Source: Felis catus
Lineage: Eukaryota
Length of the DNA stretch: 64,000 nucleotides
Reading direction: 5' to 3'
Assembly: GCF_018350175.1 (NCBI RefSeq)
Contig: NC_058368.1
Location: forward strand, 204,168,001-204,232,000
Of the stretch, positions 24,801-37,000 are shown piece after piece. Position 1 is the stretch's first letter. Each line of letters starts with the position of its first letter. The notes under the pieces are model-generated. The model did no database searches. It saw nothing but the letters and a program-made list of their open reading frames with translations, and was not told the origin of the DNA. The translations under genes and the position numbers were made by a program.

Positions 24801-27800
24801 ACCATTTTCCACCCAGTTAGGTGGTGTCCTTCTGCTTTAATGTAACACTTCGGCTATTGGGGAAGGAAGAATAGTTCAGTGGACTTAATTTTGCTAAAGA
24901 AAATAACAAATTTTATCGTGTGAAGGATTGTTTGTTCTAGAGACTTCTCACCTTAAAGCTGCCTTAGTTTTATTTTAGCCAGTTGCAAGGATTAAAACGT
25001 TTTTTTTTTTTTTTTAACTTTTGATCTATAGGAATCCTATGAAGATGGTTGTGAGGATTATCCCACTCTATCAGAATATGTTCAGGATTTTTTGAATCAT
25101 CTCACAGAACAGCCTGGCAGTTTTGAAACTGAAATTGAGCAGTTTGCAGAGACCCTGAATGGCTGGGTTACAACAGATGATGCTTTGCAAGAACTTGTAG
25201 AACTCATCTATCAACAGGTAGGTTGGCTGATGGCATGGGTGATCATCAGATAGCTTTCTTGAAGCCCCAGAGTGGTGTTGCTCCTTCAGGGAGGCCAGGT
25301 TCATGTTTCCTGGCTTCCACACTCCTTAACTCTTTAAGGTTCTTGGGAACTCTCAAGTCTCTGTTGTATAAAATCCCTGTAGTGGGGATCTAGGGCTGGA
25401 GCCAGACTGGAGATTCAAGGCTCTGTACAGTCAGTCAGAAGGAATGTTAAGACATTTATGAAGAAGGCTAGGTAAGTATCCTACCTTTTTTCCATCCCAC
25501 TCTGTTTCTAAAGGATCTGAAATTAACTGTAGTTCTTTTCTCTTAGGTGTTGAATTATATAGCATTTTTGGATTAAGAGAAAAAAATCATGGGAGAACTT
25601 TTTTGCCTCATAAAGGAGTCATTTAAAAAAAAAACCCATAAAACACTGTTGAGTCTTAACATTAATGCTTATATCTTAAATTTCCAAGGATTTACATCTT
25701 AATTCCGTAATTCTAGATTGTTCACACAAAGTTTAGTTTTGATCCTAGTGTATTGATCAGTGATACATTAAAGCTATTTTAAGGGGGGCAACTAGATAAC
25801 ACTAGATTTTGAAGACCAATTTAAGGGCAGTGTTTGAAACTGACCAAAAACAGTGGGAGGGGACTAGAATTATAAACACAAGTGTTATTTAAGTCCTTGC
25901 TGAAAGAGCAACTCGAATTTGGAGTATTTGGAAGGGTGATCATGGTGGCCGGTTAATTTGGAGTATATGGAAGGGTGATTATGATGGCTGGATAATTTTC
26001 ATCCTACTTAGTGTTTCATTTGATTGCTTTTACAATTGGTTCTGGGTAGTTCGTGGACCCCTTGGTATTACCTGGCAACTCTCAGGTTTGGAACATGCCT
26101 GAGATTTTAGGAAGATAGAATTGCTCTATTTGTCCTCATACCTACTTTTGGCCTCTAGGTAGATTGCAAAGGATAGGAGAAGAAAATGGAGAAATATACT
26201 TGAAATTGCTTTTCTGGTTTCTCTTCTGTTTTAGTTGCAGCACTTCATAGGCTGCCTGGTTCTAGTTCTTCAGGGCTGGACAAAAGGATTGTAGCCTGAC
26301 AGACTACAGTTTTTGTGATTGTCTCAAAGCCAATTCTTAGAATATGTATTCCTTATTTTAAGTTTTGATACTCTGTGTCAGTGATACAGGTTTTTACTTG
26401 TTTTTACATTTCATTGAGGGAATGTATAGTAACAGAATGCCTGTTATAAAAATGGCAGATTAAACCTACATATTCAACTTTGATTCCTCCCCTAATACTG
26501 CTAAAATGACAGGATTTTTAAGAAGCCATAAGCCTGTAGGGGCTGAGATGAGGAGAAGAGATGGAGACTAGAAAGCAGGTGGGTGAGTGGTAACTGACTT
26601 GGCAGATCTAAAAAAAAGTTGAATTCCAAGCCAGTGGGGAAAGCTGAAAATCCCCCCTGATTTACTGAGTAGAGCCTTTGGAAAGCTCTAGGACACGGTT
26701 GGAATGAGACTAAAAAGATTGCTTGGAAATCTTTAAAAAAGAAAGAGAGAGACCCTCTCCCTCTTTTTGCACTGAGTAGCCAGTTTGAAGTTTTATTGTA
26801 ACCCTTCTTGAGACGTTCTTGAAGGGAAGTACTCCACCAAAAAGAATTAAGCCAAGGACAAAGATGTAGAAACTAGGAAACTGCATTTTAGAGGAGTGGC
26901 TAAGTGGATTATCTAGATGGTGGTGAAGAAGATCCCAAGATGATGGCCAGGCTTTGCTGGCGTAGGGCAGAAGGCTCCAGGCATGATTCCTGGTAAGGTG
27001 AGCATAGCTGCTGTGGTTGAAGATGTTAAGAAACTTAAAAACTTGTGAGTTTAGGGGTAACATCAATGAGACTTAAGTAAAGAACAGTGTGGAAAAATTA
27101 AGTCCAGGGAAAACAAAGTTGTGTAGGAAAGGAGAAATCTGTGTTACGTGGTCCAGCCATAAATGGAAACACAAAACCAATCAGATCATGGTATAACGAC
27201 ATTGGTAGGTGGAAAGATTGGCAAATAGCAGAATGGAGTGGTGTTACGTGAATATCCAGTGAAAACTGGATATTCCTTTTCCATGGTGGGAAACTCGTAA
27301 GAAATAATAACTAAACCGAAATCCCGGAGCATGGAGATACAGAGGTTGAAACCTTTTCAGCTGAAAGAATTGAAAGTGGTTGTCTGTGGAGTGTAAAGGT
27401 GAGGTGTAGTGGGGAAGTATGACACTTAATAACAAGCCTTGTAGAGCTTCTTGCCTTTTAAGTTGTATGTGATAATTTTAAAAGTAAACTAAAGGAAAAC
27501 CGGCAATGTCCATAATGGGAAAAGTATGATTTTTGAATTTCAAGTCTTCTGTGGTACCAGATACGCATACGTGATCTCAGGAGAACCCAGTCTGTCTGCT
27601 GTGATAAGAAGGGTCTCTTGTGAGCAATGAAATAATTAGAAATAAAAAGATCTAATTATAACATAGGTACTGTATGCAATGCTAAACATTTAACATGTAA
27701 TGAATTAACTCACTTAATCCTCCATGGTTGCAAGGTATTACTCTTCTCCCTTATACACATCTTAACAGAAGTTAAGTGACTTGTTTAAGATTTACCACAA

Positions 27801-30800
27801 CTCCGTAAGTAGACTCAGTATCGGGTCAGAGAGGCATCAGACCATCCGTTACATCTATACTCTCTGGTTAGTTACTACCTTTTGTAACCTTGGTTGAGTC
27901 CCTTAGCCTTTTAATGTGTTACCTAATATTGGATAGTAAGCTATGTTGTCTCTACTGTTCTTTAAAAGCTGTAATTAAAGTTAAAACTTAGTACTGCTTT
28001 GGCTATGTGAAACTATCTTCGGTACATAGTGTCTTGCACTGTCTTAGTTTTTGGAAGAGCTTCTCATTTCCTCTTTACCCCAAGTGTTTTTGGAGTACTC
28101 TTTAAGTGTTAATCTCTCATACCAGGTACCATTTATCACCTCTCCTAGGAATCAAGCAGAAGCCCATGGAGGGTAATTGATGTCCAAGGTCTCCATGCAG
28201 GCCTGGGAATGTTGTTCTGGACTGCTAGATGCCAAAGTCTCTGCTATCCTTGCCCTAAAAAACACCATGAAAAAGAATCGTTTGGCAAATACTCTTATTC
28301 ATAATTAGCACTGTGCAACTGAGCACATGTATACATCCTATGCAAAAATTGGCTAGTATAAAGAGATCTTCTTAATTTGCTTTCTGGTAACCTCAAGTAA
28401 ATTGTGGGGAGAACTTGCCTTAAACATTTTCCTTTGTTCTTGTTCTTGGTATGAAGTTGGGAGGGAGCGTTAACTTAATTTCCTTACGCCAAACGATAAA
28501 GACTTGTTCATTTGTATAATGTCAGTTTTAGGGGTAGAAATGTTTTTCTTAGAATGTTGCTGTTAAGTATTTGCATTAATAACAATGTATTTGTGTTACA
28601 AACAACTTTTTTTCTTTTTGAAAGGCCACATCTATCCCAAATTTCTCTTACATGGGAGCTCGCCTGTGTAATTACCTGTCCCATCATCTGACAATTAGCC
28701 CACAGAGTGGCAACTTTCGTCAGTTGCTGCTTCAAAGGTCAGTGTGAACATATGAAGTTAAAGGAAAACTTTAAACATACTAGAATTTGACGATTCTTTT
28801 CTAAAGACTGTGTGTATTATGGAAAGTTGCAGGGGAAGTTAGGGTGGACCATTCTTTCTTGTATTATAGTATGGTATGTACTGTTAAAAAATTTATAGTC
28901 CCACATATCAGTCTCTTTTTTTCTGTAATGATCTCTGCTTTTGGTTTTGTGCTTAGATGGCCCTTCATGTTCCAAGATCTTAAATATGATCACTTATGTA
29001 TTTCTTAGTACTCTGTACTTTCAATTTGAATAGGTCCTAATTGCTACAGGCTGAACTAGTTTTTTATCCCTACCATTTTTAAAATGATCCATTTCCTTAC
29101 TGATTTGAACTGTTAACTTCCTTAAACTACATCCTAATATTTGGGTTTCATTATATTCCATTTATTACTTGTTCTATTTTTATTTTATTATACTATTAAA
29201 AAGCTCTAGTTTTTTAATACCTAGTATATTAGTCTCCTCCCCATAGTTTTTGGGTAGAGTTTCCTTTGCTATTCTTGCATGCTGCTTTTCTCCAAAGAAC
29301 CTTAGAATCAACATGTGAAATTACATAAATCTTTTTGGTATTACTAGATCTTTTTGGCATGACTTTGAATTCATAAGCTAATCTAGGGAAACATTTTCTT
29401 ATTGGAATCGTTTTATTCAATAACAGGGTTGTCTTCAAGTTTATTACAGTTAGTCCATTAGTTCTTTAAGGATACTTTTAATGGTTGTAGTGTATTCCAT
29501 AATTTGGTTAAATTGCACTGGAACAGAATAAGGATTCCAAAAGTGACTCCAGAGACTGTTGAAAATAAGGCTTTTGATGAAGGTCCTACTTCAGATATGT
29601 ATGTATGTATGTAGATATGTGCTGCTGACAACTGGCTAGCCATTCATTGGGGGTAGAAAAAAGATGGGTTCCTGTCTACACCAAAATATATTTCAAATCT
29701 GTAAAAGACTCAAAAGTGAAACACTAAATACTAAGAAACTAACAATTAAATCTTAGGTCTTGCTTAAAAGGGCTTTACCAACCTATCCATAAGTCCTAAA
29801 ACGAAAGATTAAACCTAATTACATATAAATTATAATATGGGGTGGGGAGGAAGGGTCCTAAATTTATATGAAGGAAAGAAAAAAACGGGAATTTGTAACA
29901 CATGGCAGTGAACTCATTTATCTAATATGAATGGCAATGAACTCATTAATATGAAAAGAGGGGCCTCTTAGGAATGAGGTAAGAAAAAAATAATTATTTT
30001 AATAGAAATATTTGAAATGGCTCTGAATAGGTAAAATTTGGGAAAATATAAATGATAAAATTCTAAAAACCTATTTAGCCTTAACCTGTATTTATAGCTC
30101 CTGGAAAGATATGAAAGTGGGCACTTCTAGGAGCTTGCATGGCAGAAAGGCTGGCTTCTGTTCCTGTGGACTGCTCACCCCTGGCTGTACGTTAAAGTTA
30201 CCCAGAGACTTAAAATAGGGCTGAGACCCTGTCCTCATTGGAAGTTCTGATGTAATTGGACTGAGGTGGAGCCTGGGTTTTTTAAAGCTCCCCAAATGAT
30301 TGTAGTCTGTAGCCATGGTTGAAAACCTCTTCTGATTCTCTTGACTCTACCCGAGCTTGGAGCTTCCATAGTACTGTGTTACTGTCGGAGATATTAACGT
30401 AAGTGCTAATCCTTTAACAAGTGAAAAGCAGGGCTTGATTCTGTTACCTAACTTAGAAATGTATACATATTTAGGAAAAAAGAAAAGTTACCTTCATGGC
30501 CGTTATCTCTGGGTTGTAGTGACTTTATTTTTTATATTTTTCTGTTTTTAACCTTTCTGAAATAAGCATGCATTGCCTTTAATTAGGTCTTTAGCCTAAA
30601 AAGATTAGTTTAGAGGTGTGGGTTGTTCTCCTCTAGATAACCATTGCTGCCCAGGGGTACGAATTTACCTTTGCATATTCATTAACATATCTTAATGTAT
30701 AATAGAATAGTCATTGCACTTAGAAAACAGATCATTTCCTTGAAACTCCTACCTACAAGGTCATAAAAGGAGAATAGCCCACAAGGTGTTTGGATAACTG

Positions 30801-31031
30801 GCATTAATTAGCTCATCCTTTCCATTATTAAACGGGGTGTTTTATTTAGAGATATCCCAACTTTTGTTCTGATGAGGAATTAATGTTTAGAGAGTAACAA
30901 ATATCTGACTCAAACGAAATGTTGCTCATTTAATGTAGCTTCTAAGCTATAAGTCATATAGACACGATAAACTGTACTGGGTTTATGGTTGATTCACGGG
31001 CTGATCCAAGGTAAAATCTTGGTAAGCAGTG

Positions 31032-31062
<31 letters not shown>

Positions 31063-34000
31063 GACATAGCCAAGCTAAACTGGTCCCTCATACATGGAAG
31101 CCATTCAGTCTCCATAAACCCCTACTTCTGTCCTTAAAAGAACTCTCAAAAAATCAGCTTTATAAAACATGACTTTCCTAGAGTCTTTCACCACCTTCTC
31201 AAGAGAGATAAGAAAAAATATTTAACACCAAATTGGTAAACATTTAAAGTACATTTTAAAAATCCTTTTAGTAGCAACAGACACCATAATTCACTGACAT
31301 GGGTGTTATGACAGGTTTATTGTGATTGTTTGAGATAACTTCTAGGATGGCAGATGGGCCAAGTGGAGGGGGGCAGTGGGAACAAAGCAAGGGAAACTAA
31401 GTTATTTGGCTCCTTTTGGTCTCTGGGATATTGAGACCAAATTCATTGCTTTCTGTTTCTATGTGAATTTCAATTGGAGACTTTTCATTTTTCTGATTTG
31501 TGTAATGGAGGTTGAAAGAATAATTGGCTTAATGAAAATTCATTGTATTTTCGGTTGGGGACCCATCTATACATGTTTCTTAAGATGTGTTTTAAAGTTC
31601 ATATATTCAGAACAGAACATTTTACAGAGATAATTTGAGTAAAAACAGTGCTTTCTTGACAAAAAGACTAGAAGACAAAGGTGAGGCAGTTTTTTCTTTG
31701 TGGTGCCAATTACGATGTACCTCATGAAACCTATGTTGCTTAAACAGATGACAAACCTGTGTTGCCTAAACAGATGACAAAATAAACGCATCAGTTTCTT
31801 AAAACTAGGAACCTCAGTATGAAAAAGCGCTGCAAATTCCAATAAACAGGAACACTTCTTATCCTAAAAAATCAGAAGATTGTACTTCTCTCTTTATTGC
31901 TTGTGAACAGTGAAACCAACAGATGGTCGTCTTGTTTGTACAAAAAACAAAGCAATGTGAGATTATAAAAGGTATATCTTCATTAGGTGTCGGACTGAAT
32001 ATGAAGTTAAAGATCAAGCTGCCAAGGGGGATGAAGTGACTCGAAAACGATTCCATGCATTTGTACTCTTCCTGGGAGAACTTTATCTTAACTTGGAGGT
32101 GAGGACAAAGTTTTTTGTTTTTTTTTTAAGTACTGACAAAACCTGAGAACATAAACTGACCTTGGTAAGGAATTTGTATTTGCGTTACACCTTTACGACA
32201 TTAAGGATGAAGTTGAAGAGGGGCGAGGGGAAAGAGAAATGACTCCGTACCTGCAGGCAATGGTGTGTGTGTGTCTTAATGGAACGTCTGTAATGTTTGT
32301 TTCTCCTGTTTGTGAGGAGGGTGTTGGGAAGTAGTTACTGGGAATTTTAGTCTTTGTGTACTTTTGGGAAGCCGTGGCTTCAATGCAAATTTAAGCTTTT
32401 GAAATCCTACTTTCTTGAATCTTCACACATTTCGTATGTGGACTTTAGATGGTGGTTCACAAGCAGTCTATATCCCACAAAACTTGGAGTTAGAAGTGGG
32501 GACAGGAGAATTTCTGGGGGCTTTTCCTACCCAAATTCACCCAGAATTACAGTTCTTGGTCCCATTTTATATATAAATCTTCCACATAAAATGCATTTAT
32601 CTGAAGTATAACTAAACAAGTTTGTGAATTGGTGGTATACTTGAGTATGTGCTTGTACTAGGCAACTAAGTGCTGAATATTACTCTGTAAAGGATTTGCT
32701 TTTTTGATTAGTTAATCCCATATATGGGTTATACCTGCTTTAACTTTGATTTGAAGACTTAATCATAAACACCACTGAAAACACCCATGAATCTGCTATC
32801 AAATGTGCATCTGTTAGTGCACGTAAATGGTTTCTGTCCGATCTAGTGCTTAATTTACTATCCCTTTTTACCATAGATGGACATAACTTTTAAAAAAAAA
32901 TCTCCTGCATTAATCTTTTTCAGTTTAATTTTTATATAAGCCAAAATAAGAGCACTCATGTAAAATGTGCTGTAAGGGGCGCCTGGGTGGCTCAGTCAGT
33001 TAAACATCCTACTCTTGAATTTAGCTTGGATCATGATCCCAGGGTCGAGGGATCAAGCCCTCTTCAGGCTCTGTGCTGAGCATGGGGCCTGCTTGGGATA
33101 TTCTCTCTCTCAAGAAAAAAAAAATGTGCTGTAAATGAAGAGTCATTTTAAGAATGCTGTTGAGTGTTTACCCGTGTGGAAGTAATGATGCCAGGTCTGT
33201 GAGAAGTGTAAATAAAGATGAGGTATGGCTCCTGAGTCTGAGTCTCTTCTGGCTGGAGAGCTAAGACACTTAGACCATTCTGATGCCAAACAGTATTTTT
33301 AAATAGTCTAAAAAGCAGAGTAAAATGCTGCACGTTCCAAAAAAGGTGGTATCTTAATAGAACAGAGAATGTTTTATGAAACAATAATTTATATAGGAGG
33401 CTTAGATTATCCTGATCATATGTATGAGAAATGAAAATTTTTACCTGTAGTTTTCGGTTTACCTGGTTTTTTTTTTTTTCTTTTTTATTTTGAGAGAGAG
33501 TGTGCAAGAGTGGGGGAGGGGCAGAGAGCGGAAGAGAGAATGCCAAGCAGGCTCTTTGCAGGGCTGGAACAAAATGTGAGATCATGACCTGAGCTGAAAT
33601 AAGCATTGGACGCTTCACCACCTGAGTCACCCAGGCATCCCTGAGGTTTACTGGTTTTATTAGAAGTTTTTGGTTTTTATTATCTTCTTTGCTGTTTATT
33701 TTTGAGAGAGTGCAAGCGCAGGGGAGGGGCATAGAGAGAGGGAGACACAGAATTGGAAGCAGGCTCCAGGCTCTGAGCTGTCAGCACAGAGCCCAATGTG
33801 GGCTCGAACCCATGAACTGTGAGACCATGACCGGAGCCAAAGTTGGACACCTAACTAAGCCACCCAGGCACCCCTATTAGAGGTTTTAAATACATGTAAA
33901 ATAAGTCTAATTTTGTGAAAAATTAGAGGATTTCTAATTTTCTTTTCTAAAAGACAGAGGATTTCTGTCTTTTATATTGTTTAACTGCAAACACTTATTT

Positions 34001-37000
34001 TGCCAACATACCGGACCATTCACTAATCTGTGATATTTTGGCATGGTTGCTTTTCATTTTCTTTCCCAAAAGATCAAGGGAACAAATGGACAGGTTACAA
34101 GAGCAGATATTCTTCAGGTTGGTCTGCGGGAGTTGCTGAATGCCCTCTTTTCCAATCCTATGGATGACAACTTAATTTGTGCAGTAAAGTTACTGAAGGT
34201 AGGTTTGACTTCTGTTTCTCTTGAAATTCACTGTTCTACCCCATTTGTATATGATTCAGAGGACGGAAAGTATGCATAGTATGCGTGTGAATTCAAAATT
34301 AAGTTTCTACTCTAAATGTTGGCCTTTTGGTTTACTCTTGAATTTAAATATTGGAAAAGCAGCATGTACTGTTTTTTTTAATGGAATAATCCAAATGTAG
34401 AAGCAAAAAATGGAAGTTCTTCACCCCCATCTCTAAATTTCCTTTCCCATGTCTGTATGTGTGCCCTTATAAATAAGATCTTTCTTCCTCTTTGTGACTT
34501 GCTTTTTTATGATCTAACAAAGATCTTAGATCTTTGGCACAGAAGATTTACCTCTTGAATCACTTCATCTCCATATGTGCAGTTGTTTGTATAGGTTCAG
34601 TTCCCACACAAAGAGTGGGTGGGCCAGTGAGCATTGCATCCTTAAATTTGATGAATGTCAAATTTCTCTTCTAAATACTAAACCATAGTACATTCCTACC
34701 AATGGTGAATGAGTACATCGCTTTCCCCATATTCATATCAATGATGATCCAACTGGTCCTAGTTTCTGTTTTGTCATGGGTAATGAGTATAAACAAAAAT
34801 TTCATTTTATTTTGCATTTTCCTAACCATTGGTGAATTTAACCATTCATGTTTGTTAGCCATTTTTCTTACGATGAATAACCTGTGTATATCCTTAACTC
34901 ACTTTTTCAATGAAGTTTATATTTTTAATTCAGAGTTTCTATACTTGCATATTTCAATAAGTGATATGTTGATTAAAATCTTATCGCCTATTTTATTCAT
35001 ACAGGGAGTATACCATATAGTCATGGACACACAAAACCTATGATTGAGTTTCTCTCCATCAAGAAAAACAGAGGGTATAGAGAGTTCCTGCCTGTTAGAT
35101 GGTAGAATATAATTGGGAATATTTAACTTGCCAAATTTATTTTGTTCAAAGAATGCTTGAACTGCTGCTGATACTTCTTTAGGATTTCTGTACTTCCTTG
35201 AATTCCAAATCTTACTGATCCCTGCTTTTTTAGTTGACAGGGTCAGTTTTGGAAGATGCTTGGAAGGAAAAAGGAAAGACTGATATGGAGGAAATTATTC
35301 AGAGAATTGAAAATGTTGTCCTAGATGCAAATTGCAGCAGGTAGGTAGATGGCCAGTAGATTTCCATTTCTTTTTCTGTGGGGTTTTTAATCTGCTATAT
35401 ATCATCAGAATTAAAATCTTCTAGATCTAGAGAAAGGTTTTCTTTAAAGATAGAATATCTTACGCATGGCTTCTGCTTACCTAGCCGTTTTTGTTCAGTT
35501 GTGTTTATAAATGGAAAAAGTTAAGATTTTCCTGTGGTAAGATAGGAGTTCACTAAAAGTAAAATGATTCAGACTTTAAATTATTCAGTAAATACTTCGG
35601 TAAAGTACTGAAGTCCAGTGTAAAGTCCAGAGGCATAAAAATGTGGAATGGCCACTACCTTTAAGAACCATATAGTCACAGATGGAACAAATATCAAGAC
35701 TGCTTAAAGTACAGGAAACATCTAGAAAATCAAAGCACTTGGATATACATGTTAAATTTATAAAACAAAGTTTTAGGAGTCTCTGGTATTCTGGAGTCTG
35801 ACAACATTTCTGGTGGATATACTTAACTCCTTTTCACCTTCTGTCTGCAGAGATGTGAAACAGATGCTCTTGAAGCTTGTAGAACTCCGGTCAAGTAACT
35901 GGGGTAGAGTCCATGCAACTTCAACATACAGAGAAGCAACACCTGAAAATGATCCTAATTATTTTATGGTATGCCAATGTTTTCATTTTAAGTTTTGCTT
36001 GTTGCTTGGCTCCAAATTTTGGAAATTTCTAGATGAGTTACATAGTCTCAGAATTTAATGCCTAATAACTTTTCATTGGCTTCGGGTCACATGGCAGCCA
36101 GCAGACTAGGTAAATAGGAGTAGAAATGTGGAATCCTCTAGGGAAGGGTGAACTGGAGAAGGATCCATCCAGTGGCAAGGGAGATCAACAAGGCTTGGAC
36201 TTGGTTGAGTATAGGGATTCTGGGAAGCAGTTCCAGAGAATTTATAATCAGAGGCCCAGATCTCAAACTATTACATTGTATGTTGTAGTAAGTTAAGAAA
36301 ATAAAAGTGGTGACCAGGCCAATAATGCCCTGAAGCTCCCAACATAACCAAGCATAATGCAACTATGCAGGACTGCTTCTATAAGCCCAGTCTTGGAAAT
36401 TCTTTTAAAAATGGTGGGGAGGGAAGAACCACAACTAAAAATAAGCTGACACAATGCTAATCCCAGTGTACCACAAAACAATTCATCACGAGTGTGACCG
36501 AGAATAGACAGCAGGGTTAGAGCCACAAGAACTTGAGATAATAGAATAGAAATCTGAAAACCATGGACTTTCCCAATGAAATGAAAATGGCTATTAGGAA
36601 GTTAGGTTTTTGCTTGTTCTTGCATTATCAGATGCAGATGAGTGATATCAGCCATGCTTCATTAATGTGCTTTAAAAAATCAATTTGGAAATGGTTACAT
36701 ATTTGTATCACTTTGATTCATCCTAGAATGAACCAACATTTTATACCTCTGATGGTGTTCCTTTCACTGCAGCTGATCCAGGTATGTTTCCAGTCCTTTT
36801 CCCCCCATTTCTTGGTAAGCTAGCAAACTACAGGAAATCCTACCCTTACCACCCCAAAGTTGTAGCTTTTTGAAGCAGTCACTTTCTTCTGAAATACACG
36901 ATGAATGTCCATCTCCTATGGAGTGTTCTTTACAGTGCCCACTTTGACCATTTCAAACGGAAAGTCTAATTCCATGTATAGAATCTTGTCACCCTGACAG

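Noticed and set aside
30870..30910. TGATGA...CTGA resembling C/D snoRNA boxes in PAIP1 intron 4
   Set aside because: Only ~40 nt apart, with no convincing terminal stem or recognisable guide sequence.
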